In this document: one piece after another, positions 27,662 through 37,105 of the stretch
Layout: each line of letters opens with the position of its first letter
How positions within the stretch are numbered: position 1 is the first letter of the stretch
Translations under genes and position numbers: made by a program
Source of the DNA: Hyalangium minutum
GTDB lineage: Bacteria > Myxococcota > Myxococcia > Myxococcales > Myxococcaceae
DNA length: 64,000 bases
NCBI RefSeq assembly: GCF_000737315.1
Contig: NZ_JMCB01000019.1
Location: 62,001 to 126,000 of the forward strand
Reading direction: 5' to 3'
Notes under the pieces: generated by a model
Seen by the model: only the letters and a program-made list of their open reading frames with translations
Databases searched by the model: none
What the model was told of the DNA's origin: nothing

Positions 27662-30106
27662 ATGAGCGACACTCCCCAAGACCCGACCCCTGCTTCGGGC
27701 ACTCCCGAGTCCCAAGCGCCGACCCGTCCCGCTGAGTACGTCGCGGACATCCGCTTCGAGGACATGAACCTCTCGGAGCCCATCCGGAAGGCCATTACCG
27801 AGCGCGGCTACACCAACCCCACCCCCGTCCAGGCCAAGGCCTTTCAGCCGGCCATGGAGGGCCGGGACCTGATTGTCCGCAGCAAGACGGGCACCGGTAA
27901 GACGGCCGCCTTCGGCCTGCCCTTGCTGGAGAAGATCTCCCCGGACGACAAGAGGGTCCGCGCCCTCATCCTCTGCCCCACCCGCGAGCTGGCGCTCCAG
28001 GTGGCCGAGGAGCTGCGTGCCCTGGGCAAGTACAAGGGCATCAAGGTGGCGGCCATCTATGGTGGCGCCTCCATGAAGCAGCAGGAGGATGCCCTGGAGG
28101 AGGGCACTCCCATCATCGTCGGCACCCCCGGCCGCGTGTTCGACCACATCAACCGCGGTAACCTGAAGCTCGAGGGCTGCGACCACGCGGTGCTGGATGA
28201 GGCCGACGAGATGCTCAACCAGGGCTTCTACGAGGAAGTCACGCGCATCCTCGACAGGCTCCCGAAGAACCGGCAGGTGCTGCTGTTCAGCGCCACGGTG
28301 CCCACGGACATCCAGAACCTGATTGCCCGGTACACGACGAACGCGGAGACGCTGCTGCTGTCCGGCGACGTCTTCACGGTGGAGCACATCCACCACATCC
28401 GCTACGACGTGTCGGACGCCTTCCCCAAGCCGCGCAACCTCATCTACGTGCTGGAGAAGGAGGAGCCGTCCAACGCCATCATCTTCTGCAACACGCGGGA
28501 TGACACGGCGCTGGTGACGGCGGTGCTCAACCGCAACGGCTTCGACGCGGAGCTGCTCAACGGGGACCTGCCGCAGAAGGAGCGCGAGCGGGTGATGGCC
28601 AAGGTGAAGCGCGGCGAGGTGGCCTTCATGGTCGCCACGGACATCGCGGCGCGCGGCATCGACATCTCCGGGCTGGAGTACGTCATCAACTACTCGCTGC
28701 CCGAGGACCCGGCCGTGTACCTGCACCGGGTGGGCCGCACCGGCCGCATCGGCAACAAGGGCACCGCCATCAACCTCTTCTCCGGCCGCGAGCTGGCCAC
28801 GTACACCACCCTGGAGAAGAAGTACGGCATCAAGTTCGAGAAGCGGGAGATGCCGGCCCCCGAGGAGGCCATGCACCTGTGGACCGAGCGCCACCTGCGG
28901 GAGATCCGCGATGGGGCCTCGGGCACCGTGTTCGAGGGCTTCCTGCCCCTGGCCACCCAGCTCAAGCAGCGCTCGGACTCCGATGACCTGATCGCCTTCC
29001 TGCTCAAGTACTTCTTCAGCCACCTGCGCATGGAGAAGGCCCAGGCCGCTCAGGAGACCGAGAAGCCCGCCGCCGCCGCCCCCGAGCGCAAATTCGAGGG
29101 CCGCCGCGAGAGCCGGGAAGGCCGCGAGGGCCGCAAGGAGCGCGGTGAGCGGAGTGAGCGCCCCGAGCGGGGTGAGCGCCGGGAGCGCGAGCGCGAGCGG
29201 GAGCGTCCCCCGCGCACCGAGCACGGCGAGCGCCAGCCTCGGCCGCCCCGCCGGGATGAGCCTCGGCGTGCCCCCGCGGCTCCGGCCATGGAGGCGGGCC
29301 CGGGTGAGGCCAAGCTGTGGGTGAACCTGGGCACCGCGGACGGCCTGGGGCCTGGCAGCGTGGCCACCGCGCTGGAGGATGCCGGTGCCCCCGTGGGCAA
29401 GGTGCTGCGCGCGGAGCTGCGCCCCACCTTCGGCTACGTCTTCGTCATCGAGGAGGATGTGGCGGCCTTCGAGACGCTCAACGGCAAGCAGCACGGCACC
29501 AAGACGTTGCGCGTCGAGAAGAGCAAGCCGCGCAGCGAGCGCACCGAGGACCGTCCCCGCCCCGCGCCATCGCCCGACGCCGCTCCCGGCGAGGTGAAGC
29601 TCTGGGTGAACCTGGGCATGGATGACGGCCTGGATGAGGGCAAGTTCATCTCCACGCTGGAGGCGCTGGGTGCGCCCCAGGGCAAGGTGCTCAAGGCCCT
29701 GCTGCGCCCCACCTACGGCTACGCCTACGTGGCCGAGGCCGAGGCTCCGGCCTTCGAGACACTCAACGGCAAGCCGCACGGCGAGAAGGCCCTGAAGCTC
29801 GAGCGCCACCGGCCCCGCGGCACCCGCGATGACCGCCGCCGCGAGCGCCGCGAGGAGCAGCCCGAGGTGCCGGGCCAGACCCGCATGTGGGTGGGCCTGG
29901 GCAAGTCGGACGGGCTCGATGACGCGGGGCTCACCTCTGCCCTCGAGGGCATGGGTGCCCCTGCCGGCAAGGTCGCCCGGATCGATCTGCGGCCTACCTA
30001 TGCCTACATCTTCGTGACCGATGAGGACGCCGCCGCCTTCGAGACGCTCAACGGCAAGCAGCACGGCGAGAAGACGCTGAAGATCGAGCGCGCCAAGCGC
30101 CGGTAG
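27662..30106 (+). CDS. deaD: DEAD-box RNA helicase with three C-terminal DbpA-like RNA-binding domains
   Basis: Q motif, TGTGKT, PTRELA, GTPGR, DEAD, SAT, ARGID, HRVGRTGR. Three repeats of LWVNLG..DG....LRPT.GY....E.LNGK.HG.K.L..E. Confidence 0.92.
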   Translation: MSDTPQDPTPASGTPESQAPTRPAEYVADIRFEDMNLSEPIRKAITERGYTNPTPVQAKAFQPAMEGRDLIVRSKTGTGKTAAFGLPLLEKISPDDKRVRALILCPTRELALQVAEELRALGKYKGIKVAAIYGGASMKQQEDALEEGTPIIVGTPGRVFDHINRGNLKLEGCDHAVLDEADEMLNQGFYEEVTRILDRLPKNRQVLLFSATVPTDIQNLIARYTTNAETLLLSGDVFTVEHIHHIRYDVSDAFPKPRNLIYVLEKEEPSNAIIFCNTRDDTALVTAVLNRNGFDAELLNGDLPQKERERVMAKVKRGEVAFMVATDIAARGIDISGLEYVINYSLPEDPAVYLHRVGRTGRIGNKGTAINLFSGRELATYTTLEKKYGIKFEKREMPAPEEAMHLWTERHLREIRDGASGTVFEGFLPLATQLKQRSDSDDLIAFLLKYFFSHLRMEKAQAAQETEKPAAAAPERKFEGRRESREGREGRKERGERSERPERGERRERERERERPPRTEHGERQPRPPRRDEPRRAPAAPAMEAGPGEAKLWVNLGTADGLGPGSVATALEDAGAPVGKVLRAELRPTFGYVFVIEEDVAAFETLNGKQHGTKTLRVEKSKPRSERTEDRPRPAPSPDAAPGEVKLWVNLGMDDGLDEGKFISTLEALGAPQGKVLKALLRPTYGYAYVAEAEAPAFETLNGKPHGEKALKLERHRPRGTRDDRRRERREEQPEVPGQTRMWVGLGKSDGLDDAGLTSALEGMGAPAGKVARIDLRPTYAYIFVTDEDAAAFETLNGKQHGEKTLKIERAKRR

Positions 30107-30110
30107 CAAC

Positions 30111-30264
30111 GCCCGGAGCTAACCCGTTAGCTCCGGCGATCGGTGGCAGCGCCTGGAGCTAACCAGTTAGCTCCGGCGATCGGTGGCAGCGCCCGGAGCT
30201 AACGGGTTAGCTCCGACGGCAGGTGGCAATCCTCAGGTCTAACCCGTTGGACCTCAGGGTTGCC
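30111..30264. repeat. Tandem 40-bp palindromic (REP-like) units, three near-identical plus one diverged
   Basis: Units start at 30111, 30151, 30191 and 30231. Unit 1 has the perfect stem CCGGAGCTAAC-CC-GTTAGCTCCGG (30113-30136). Confidence 0.85.
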
Positions 30265-30284
30265 TGCAGCACCCACATCGGCTT

Positions 30285-30779
30285 CTACGGAGTGGAGCCC
30301 TTGGCCCGGCGGGCCCGGTGGTAGTGGGCCACGCAGAGGCCTCGGGCCAGCACCGCCCGCCCACAGCCGGGCTCGGCACAGCGGGCAGGCTCCGGCGCTT
30401 TCTCCTCCCGGTCCTTCCGAGGGCCCGCCTCGGCAAACATCAGCTCCGCCACCGTCAGCAGCCGGTCCACGTCCTCGCGCGTGAGCTGGCGCTGCCGGAT
30501 GAGGTGCACCAGCCGGTCCGCGCCGGTGTCATCGTCCTCTTCGAGACGAAACAGCTCGGAGGGCGGCAGCCCGAGCGCCGCGGCCACCTGGAGCAGCGTC
30601 TCGTAGCTGGGGCTGCGTTCGCCCCGCTCCAGCAGCGAGGCAAAGCTCACGGAGATGCCGCACCGGGCGGCGAAGTCCTCCTGCGTTAACCCCCGGCGCT
30701 CGCGCAGCGCGCGGATCCGCCGCGCCAGTCCTTGGAGGTGAACATGAATGTCGGGGGTATGCGGCGGGCCGGGTCGCAT
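30285..30779 (-). CDS. XRE-family HTH regulator with a C-terminal C-x4-C-x9-C-x2-H motif
   Basis: RIRALRERRGLTQEDFA..GISVSFASLLERGERSPS..L..VA.AL, and CAEPGCGRAVLARGLCVAHY. Start uncertain. Confidence 0.85.
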   Translation of the reverse strand: MRPGPPHTPDIHVHLQGLARRIRALRERRGLTQEDFAARCGISVSFASLLERGERSPSYETLLQVAAALGLPPSELFRLEEDDDTGADRLVHLIRQRQLTREDVDRLLTVAELMFAEAGPRKDREEKAPEPARCAEPGCGRAVLARGLCVAHYHRARRAKGSTP

Positions 30780-30822
30780 CCGTTTCCTATGGTAGCGCAC
30801 CCCTTCTGTTAAGGTCGCGCGC

Positions 30823-32052
30823 ATGAACGCCGTTGAGGAGACCAACTACTATTTCCACAAGGCCGCGCGCATCATGGATGTGGGCACTCCCATCCAGGCG
30901 CTGCTGGCCACACCGCTGCGCGAGCTCACGGTGCAGGTCTCCATCGAGATGGACTCCGGGGAGATCCGCACTTTCACGGGCTACCGGGTTCAGCACGACA
31001 ACAGCCGGGGCCCCATGAAGGGAGGCCTGCGCTACCACCCCAAGCTGGACCACGCCGAGTGCGCCTCGCTGGCCTCGCTGATGACGTGGAAGACGGCGGT
31101 GGCCAACCTGCCCTATGGCGGCGCCAAGGGCGGCATCATGTGCGACCCCAGCCAGCTCAGCCTCAAGGAGCTGGAGCGCCTGACGCGCAAGTACGTGGAC
31201 CAGGTGCAGGACATGATCGGTCCCACCCAGGACATCCTCGCGCCGGACGTCAACACCAACCCCCAGGTGATGGCGTGGATCATGGACCAGTACTCGCGCT
31301 ACCACGGGCACTCGCCCGCGGTAGTGACGGGCAAGCCGCTGGACTTGTACGGCTCCAAGGGCCGCGAGGCAGCCACCGGACGCGGGCTGCTCTACATCTG
31401 CCGCGAGATTCTGCGGGACGTGCACCTGCCCATGAAGGGCTCGCGCTTCGCGATCCAGGGCTTCGGCAACGTGGGCAGCCACATCGCCCGGCTGCTCTGG
31501 GAGGATGGGGCCACGGTGGTGGCGGTGTCGGACGTGCTCGGCGGGGTGCGCAACCCGCAGGGCCTGGACATCCCCAGCCTCTTCGAGCACGTGCAGCGCA
31601 CCGGCACCGTCACGGGCTACGCCGGCGGCCAGCCCTGCACCAATGAGGATGTGCTGACGGCGGACTGCGATGTGCTCATCCCCGCGGCGCTCGGCCATGT
31701 CATCACCAAGGAGAACGCGGGCACGCTGCGCGCGCGGCTCATCATCGAGGGCGCCAATGGCCCCACCACTCCCGAGGGAGACGAGCTGCTGGAGAAGCGG
31801 GGCATCCTCGTGGTGCCGGACATCCTCGCCAGCGCGGGGGGCGTCACCGTCAGCTACTTCGAGTGGGTGCAGAACCTCCAGCACCTGGCGTGGGAGGAGG
31901 AGCGCGTCAACGCGGAGCTGGAGCGCACCATCAAGGAGTCCTACGAGCGGGTGACGCAGATTGCCCGCTCGCGCAAGGTGCCGCTGCGCACCGCGGCCTT
32001 CATCCTGGCCATCGGCCGGGTGGGCAAGGCCACGGTGATGCGCGGCATCTGA
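30823..32052 (+). CDS. gdhA: Glu/Leu/Phe/Val dehydrogenase (glutamate dehydrogenase)
   Basis: RVQHDNSRGPMKGGLRY, MTWK, GGAKGG, APDVNT, GREAATGRG, QGFGNVG, EGANGP, GGVTVSYFEWVQN. Confidence 0.95.
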   Translation: MNAVEETNYYFHKAARIMDVGTPIQALLATPLRELTVQVSIEMDSGEIRTFTGYRVQHDNSRGPMKGGLRYHPKLDHAECASLASLMTWKTAVANLPYGGAKGGIMCDPSQLSLKELERLTRKYVDQVQDMIGPTQDILAPDVNTNPQVMAWIMDQYSRYHGHSPAVVTGKPLDLYGSKGREAATGRGLLYICREILRDVHLPMKGSRFAIQGFGNVGSHIARLLWEDGATVVAVSDVLGGVRNPQGLDIPSLFEHVQRTGTVTGYAGGQPCTNEDVLTADCDVLIPAALGHVITKENAGTLRARLIIEGANGPTTPEGDELLEKRGILVVPDILASAGGVTVSYFEWVQNLQHLAWEEERVNAELERTIKESYERVTQIARSRKVPLRTAAFILAIGRVGKATVMRGI

Positions 32053-32127
32053 GTGGAGAGTTGGGGACCTGAGGCTTCGTCCCCTCCCCCCTTCCTCATC
32101 CGCCCCACATCCGCTATGGGGCGCGCC

Positions 32128-33348
32128 ATGGTGAACCTCCAGGACATCCTCGCCGCGCGGGAGCGCATCCGCGGCGCCATCCGTCCCACGCCTTGCCCTG
32201 CTTCGGACTACTTCACGGAGCGGACGGGCTGCGCGTCCGTGTGGTTCAAGATGGAGAACCTGCAGCGCACCGGTGCCTTCAAGGAGCGCGGTGCGCTCAA
32301 CAAGCTGCTCACATTGAGCTCCGACGAGAAGGCGCGGGGTGTCATCGCCGCCTCGGCCGGCAACCACGCCCAGGGGCTCGCCTACCACGCGCGCAAGCTG
32401 GGCGTGAAGGCCACCATCGTCATGCCGGAGCGCACCCCGCTCATCAAGGTGTCGCGCACGCGGGACGAGTACGGCGCGCGCGTGGTGCTCAAGGGCACCA
32501 ACTTCGACGAGGCCTACGCGGAGGCCGTGCGCCTGCAGCAGGAGCAGAACCTGGTCTTCGTGCACCCGTTCAATGATCCGCACGTCATCGCCGGGCAGGG
32601 CACCATCGGGCTGGAGCTGATGGAGCAGACGCCCTTCGTGGACATGGTGGTGGTGCCCATTGGCGGCGGCGGGCTCATCTCGGGCATCGCCTGCGCGCTC
32701 AAGGAGACCAACCCACGCATCCAGGTGGTGGGCGTGCAGACGGCGGCGCTGGCCAGCATGAAGGCGTCGCTGGAGGCGGGCTGCGTGGTGGAGCTGCCCG
32801 CGGGGGCCACCATCGCGGACGGAATTGCAGTGCGGCGGCCCGGCGAGCTCACCTACGCCATGGTGCGCAAGTACGTGGACGAGGTGGTGACGGTGGACGA
32901 GGAGGAGATCGCCAACGCCATCCTCGTCATGCTGGAGCAGGAGAAGAGCGTGGTGGAGGGCGCCGGTGCCGTGGGCGTGGCCGCGCTCATCAACAACCAC
33001 ATCCCCAAGGCCAACGACAAGAAGGTCGTCATCCTGCTGGGCGGCGGCAACATCGACATGAACGTCATCAGCCGCATCATCGAGCGCGGCCTGGTGAAGG
33101 CCGGGCGCCTGGTGCGGCTGGAGGTGAGCATGCCGGACCGGCCGGGCATGCTGGCGCGGCTGACGACACAGATCGCCGAGCAGCGCGCCAACGTGGTGGA
33201 GATTCACCACAACCGCGCCTTCTCGAAGAAGGCGGGGCTGGGCGAGGTGATGGTGGAGGTGACGCTGGAGACCACGGGCCGCCCCCACATCCAAGAGCTG
33301 ATGGACGCGCTGGCCCGCCAGGGCTGGCAGGTCTCCGAGGAGACCTGA
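32128..33348 (+). CDS. ilvA: Threonine ammonia-lyase (PLP) with C-terminal ACT domain
   Basis: KMENLQRTGAFKERGA, ASAGNHAQG, PFND..VIAGQGT, IGGGGL, GGGNID, PDRPGML. Confidence 0.93.
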   Translation: MVNLQDILAARERIRGAIRPTPCPASDYFTERTGCASVWFKMENLQRTGAFKERGALNKLLTLSSDEKARGVIAASAGNHAQGLAYHARKLGVKATIVMPERTPLIKVSRTRDEYGARVVLKGTNFDEAYAEAVRLQQEQNLVFVHPFNDPHVIAGQGTIGLELMEQTPFVDMVVVPIGGGGLISGIACALKETNPRIQVVGVQTAALASMKASLEAGCVVELPAGATIADGIAVRRPGELTYAMVRKYVDEVVTVDEEEIANAILVMLEQEKSVVEGAGAVGVAALINNHIPKANDKKVVILLGGGNIDMNVISRIIERGLVKAGRLVRLEVSMPDRPGMLARLTTQIAEQRANVVEIHHNRAFSKKAGLGEVMVEVTLETTGRPHIQELMDALARQGWQVSEET

Positions 33349-33375
33349 CAGGCCCGGTGCGGGTCAGAGGTTGGC

Positions 33376-33762
33376 TCAGTTGGTGGCCCGGCAGTTGCCG
33401 GTGGCCTTGTCGCAGTGGCGCCCCAGGCTGCAGTCCACGTCACTGGTGCACTTGGGCGCGCAGATCTTCTCCTCGTCCGTGCAGATGACGTCGTCGCCGC
33501 CATCGCACAGGTCCGTGGACTGGCACTGGCAGAACATCCGGGCGCCGCTCACGCCCGTGCAGGACTTGGCCGTCGTGGGGCAGTCCGTGGGGGACTCACA
33601 GGCCTTCACGCACACCTTGGCCAGCGGGTGGCAGACAGAGTCATCGTCGCAGAACTCGTCCACGGTGCAGCTCTTGAGCTCGTCGGACGACACCAGGCCG
33701 CAGCCAGTCAGGGCAAACCCACTCACGAGGGCCGCCAGGAAGAACAGCTTCTTCAGACGCAT
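33376..33762 (-). CDS. Cys-rich lipoprotein
   Basis: Lipobox ALTGC and 16 further Cys in C-x5-C type modules. Confidence 0.75.
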   Translation of the reverse strand: MRLKKLFFLAALVSGFALTGCGLVSSDELKSCTVDEFCDDDSVCHPLAKVCVKACESPTDCPTTAKSCTGVSGARMFCQCQSTDLCDGGDDVICTDEEKICAPKCTSDVDCSLGRHCDKATGNCRATN

Positions 33763-33786
33763 GGATTTTCCTTCCTTGGGTATCGG

Positions 33787-34281
33787 CTACTGGGAGTTGG
33801 GACAGCCCAGGTAGTAGTCGCGCATCGGCTTGCAGAACTCGGCGGTGAACTCACCCTGCACCTGCCCCAGCGGGAGCGTCAGGTTGAAGATGCCGCCAAA
33901 CTCCTTGTCCTCGGTGGACTGATCCACCTCGAGCGTTCCGGCGGTGGCGTCGCCTCGCAGGGTCTTCACGCCCTGGAAGTCGAGCCAGCGCGCGGACAGA
34001 TCTCCCGGCAGCGTCCGCGTCCCCTTGTCGAAGGAGGCGGCGCGGAACAACAGCGAGGTCCCCAGCTGCGGCTGCGCCAGACACCCCAGCCCGTCGAACT
34101 GCTTGCAGGCGTCGCCTCGGTCGCTGATCAGGGCGATGGTGTACTCGCCCGCCGGATCCGGCACGCGTGCGAAGAGGATGGACTTCGGCTCGAGCTCGTG
34201 ACCGTCGTAGGTCAGCGTCTCGGTGGAGTGGCCTCCGCAGGCCACGAGCCCCAGCGGGGCAAGCAACAGAAGACGTTTCAT
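33787..34281 (-). CDS. Hypothetical lipoprotein
   Basis: GAGG plus ATG at 34281 (MKRLLLLAPLGLVAC), lipobox LVAC. Confidence 0.7.
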   Translation of the reverse strand: MKRLLLLAPLGLVACGGHSTETLTYDGHELEPKSILFARVPDPAGEYTIALISDRGDACKQFDGLGCLAQPQLGTSLLFRAASFDKGTRTLPGDLSARWLDFQGVKTLRGDATAGTLEVDQSTEDKEFGGIFNLTLPLGQVQGEFTAEFCKPMRDYYLGCPNSQ

Positions 34282-34315
34282 CGGCGTTTCCTCAAACACA
34301 AAGGGTGAATGCCAC

Positions 34316-34567
34316 TCACGAGCCCTGGACGGTGGAGCAGGAGCCCGCGCTGGAGCCCGTCCGGCTGTCGCCAGTCCCGGTGCCCGCCGTGCCGCCGAGG
34401 TCCTCGATGTACTCGCCCTCGTCGACGCACAGCCCCTGACGGACGTCACACTTCTGGTCCTCGAGGCAGTTGTCGTCCGTCTCGCAACGGATGGGTGGAG
34501 GGCTGCAAGCAGCCAGGGTCAGTGAGGCCACGGCGGCGCCGAGGCCAAGAACAGTGCGCAGAGTCAT
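34316..34567 (-). CDS. Small Cys-containing lipoprotein
   Basis: Lipobox LAAC, module CETDDNC...KCDVRQGLCV, Gly/Thr-rich tail. Confidence 0.65.
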   Translation of the reverse strand: MTLRTVLGLGAAVASLTLAACSPPPIRCETDDNCLEDQKCDVRQGLCVDEGEYIEDLGGTAGTGTGDSRTGSSAGSCSTVQGS

Positions 34568-34587
34568 GGGGTAGCTCGAAGCGAGGG

Positions 34588-35358
34588 TTAGAACCGCACG
34601 GAAAGGGAGAGCGACGCATCGCCCGAAGGACTCACGAAGACGCCCGCCTGCACCGGCGGAGGCTCGGGGAGCACCCCCTGAATCTCCGTGCTCAGCTCGC
34701 CCGGCGGCACGAGCAGGGCGTTGGTCACCTCGGCGGCCTTCTTCTCCGAGGGGCTCGTGGCCTCGGCCAGCCGCTGATCCGCGGCCTGCTGCAGCGAGGC
34801 CATCCGCGCCTTGGCGGCGAGGTACTGGCGCACGGAGCTCTGGGTCTTGTACGCCGCGTAGGCGCCCATCGTCCCCGACAGGCCGTAGAAGCCCCGGGAG
34901 ACAAGCCCGCCGTAGTACGCCCGGCGGTAGATGGACTTCGTCTTGTCCGAGGTGGGGTGCTTGGCGGGGTCGCGCAGATCCTTCTCGGGCTTGGCCGAGA
35001 GGAAGCCCGTGGCGTACCCCAGTCCGCTCAGCAACGCGGTGTAGACGTAGTAGCGGATGGGCAGGTTGAGCTCGGGCTCGGGGCCCGAGGGCTTCTTCTC
35101 CTCCTGCAGTGCGGCCTGGGCCTGCTTCTCGGCGGCCTCGCGCTCGGCCTGCATGCGCTTCTCCATCTCCGCCTGGGCCTGCTTCTTCAGCTCCTCGGCC
35201 TGGCGCTCCTCCTCGCGCTTGCGCTCCTCCTCGCGCTTGCGCTCCTCCTCGCGCTCTTTTTCCTGCTGAGAAGCGCTCTTCGTCTGTGCCGCCGCGCTCA
35301 TCTGCGGGGCTGCCATCGACAAAAGAAGCGTCACTGCCAAGACTTTTGACTGCTGCAC
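34588..35358 (-). CDS. Secreted/membrane coiled-coil protein
   Basis: GAGGAGG upstream of GTG 35358, signal peptide, 18-bp EEERKR repeats (35204-35255), two hydrophobic segments, ends SLSVRF. Confidence 0.65.
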   Translation of the reverse strand: MQQSKVLAVTLLLSMAAPQMSAAAQTKSASQQEKEREEERKREEERKREEERQAEELKKQAQAEMEKRMQAEREAAEKQAQAALQEEKKPSGPEPELNLPIRYYVYTALLSGLGYATGFLSAKPEKDLRDPAKHPTSDKTKSIYRRAYYGGLVSRGFYGLSGTMGAYAAYKTQSSVRQYLAAKARMASLQQAADQRLAEATSPSEKKAAEVTNALLVPPGELSTEIQGVLPEPPPVQAGVFVSPSGDASLSLSVRF

Positions 35359-35491
35359 GTGTCCCTCCTCCCCCATGCGGTTTTTCCGCAAGGTCGTGTT
35401 GTGTCCCTGTTTATTTGTACGAGGGAGGAACGTTGGATCGTGGACAGTGGATAATCCGTGCAGCTGCGACTCAGCGTGCTTGCGCTCTACG

Positions 35492-36832
35492 TCAACTCTC
35501 CGTGGAGCCCACACTGCGGGTCGTGGACTGCATCCCCGAGGCCACTTCCGGAATGATTCCGAGCCGCTGGTAGATGGGCCGCACCTGCTCTCGCAGCCTG
35601 GGCAGCTTCAGGCGGACCCACACCGCGCCCAACAAGCACGCCACCCCGCCGATGGCGATGGTCGCCGGGGCGCCGACACGAGCCGCCATCGCTCCGGCGA
35701 GCAAGCTCCCGAAGGGCGCGGTGCCCATGAATGCCATCGCGTAGAAGCTCATCAGCCGTCCGCGCATGCGCTCCTCGACGATGGTCTGCAGCACGGTGTT
35801 GCTGGCCGCCATCGTCACCATCATCCCGAAGCCGCAGAGCGCCATCGTCACGAGCGACAGCGGCACGTTGCGGGAGAGGGCGAACGCCACGAGCCCCAGA
35901 CCGAACGTCGCCGCCGTGGAGACGATGACGGTGCCGAACCCTCGCACCGTCCGCCGCGACGCCAGGAACACCGCGCCCCCGAGCGCTCCCAGCCCCGAGG
36001 CCGCCATCAGGAAGCCCAGGGTGTGGGGGCCGCCGTGCAGCACCTGCGAGGCCATCACCGGCATCAGCACCGTGAAGGGCATGCCCATCAGGCTGACCAG
36101 CGCCAGCAGCCCCAGCACCGCGCGGATCGGCGCGAAACGGAAGGCGTAGTTGAAGCCCTCCTTCAGCTCGGTGAGCACATGCTGGGAGCGCTGCGCGCGG
36201 GGGCGCACCGTGAGCCTCATGGCGAGCAGGGAGGCAATCACCGCCAGGTAGCTGAAGCCGTCGATGAGGAAGCAGCCGCCCTCCCCCACCCACGCGATGA
36301 GGGCGCCCGCCACCGAGGGCCCCAGCAGCCGCGCGCCGTTGAACATAGACGAGTTGAGCGCGATGGCGTTCGGCAGGTCCGCACGGTCCTCGATCATCTC
36401 CACCACGAAGGACTGCCGAGCCGGCATGTCGAAGGCGTTGATGAGCCCCTGGACGACGCTGAGCCAGGCGACGTGAAAGACGGTGATGTGGCCCGTGAGG
36501 GCGAGCACGGCCAGCGCGAACGACTGGAGCATCGCGAGCACCTGGGTGACGACCAGCAAGCGGTGCCGGTTCCAGCGGTCCACCCACACCCCTGCGATGG
36601 GGCCGAGGAGGAACGTCGGCAGCTGCCCGCAGAACCCGATAATGCCCAGCATCAGCGCCGAGCCGGAGAGGCGGTACACCAGCCAGCTCGTCGCCACGCG
36701 CGTGAGCCACGTGCCAATCAGCGACACGCTCTGCCCGGCGAAGAAGAGCCGGTAGTTGCGATGTCCCAGCGCCCGGAGCAGGAACCGCCACCCACCGCGC
36801 GCCTGCTGCGACCCGGAGCCCTGTGCCTCCAT
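35492..36832 (-). CDS. MFS transporter (H+ antiporter/DHA3-like)
   Basis: RNYRLFFAGQSVSLIGTW, GVWVDRWNR, AFDMPARQS, ARLLGPSVAG, MRGRLMSFY. About 12 TMs. Confidence 0.92.
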   Translation of the reverse strand: MEAQGSGSQQARGGWRFLLRALGHRNYRLFFAGQSVSLIGTWLTRVATSWLVYRLSGSALMLGIIGFCGQLPTFLLGPIAGVWVDRWNRHRLLVVTQVLAMLQSFALAVLALTGHITVFHVAWLSVVQGLINAFDMPARQSFVVEMIEDRADLPNAIALNSSMFNGARLLGPSVAGALIAWVGEGGCFLIDGFSYLAVIASLLAMRLTVRPRAQRSQHVLTELKEGFNYAFRFAPIRAVLGLLALVSLMGMPFTVLMPVMASQVLHGGPHTLGFLMAASGLGALGGAVFLASRRTVRGFGTVIVSTAATFGLGLVAFALSRNVPLSLVTMALCGFGMMVTMAASNTVLQTIVEERMRGRLMSFYAMAFMGTAPFGSLLAGAMAARVGAPATIAIGGVACLLGAVWVRLKLPRLREQVRPIYQRLGIIPEVASGMQSTTRSVGSTES

Positions 36833-37105
36833 CTCGTGCCTGCTCCTTCCCCTGTCACGCAGGATGCTCGGCCTCCCACGAGGCTCCCGCTCGCGGCGCA
36901 CCTCCGGAAAACCTAGTGCGCCGCCTCGAGGCAGGATGGATGCCGCTCTCCCTCCAGGCGGGCGGCCTGCAACCGCTCACGTTCCGGCTGCGGCGCCGGC
37001 ATCCACAACACCATTCCCGAGACCTCTGGATTTCACTATTTGTGATATTTTGCCACTCTGTTTGTGTTAAAAAGAGCGCTCCCCCAAACATCAGCGGAGC
37101 GCCCC

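Noticed and set aside
30111-30264. Possible CRISPR array
   Set aside because: Units are contiguous tandem copies without unique spacers, there are only 3-4 of them, and no cas genes are present in the window.
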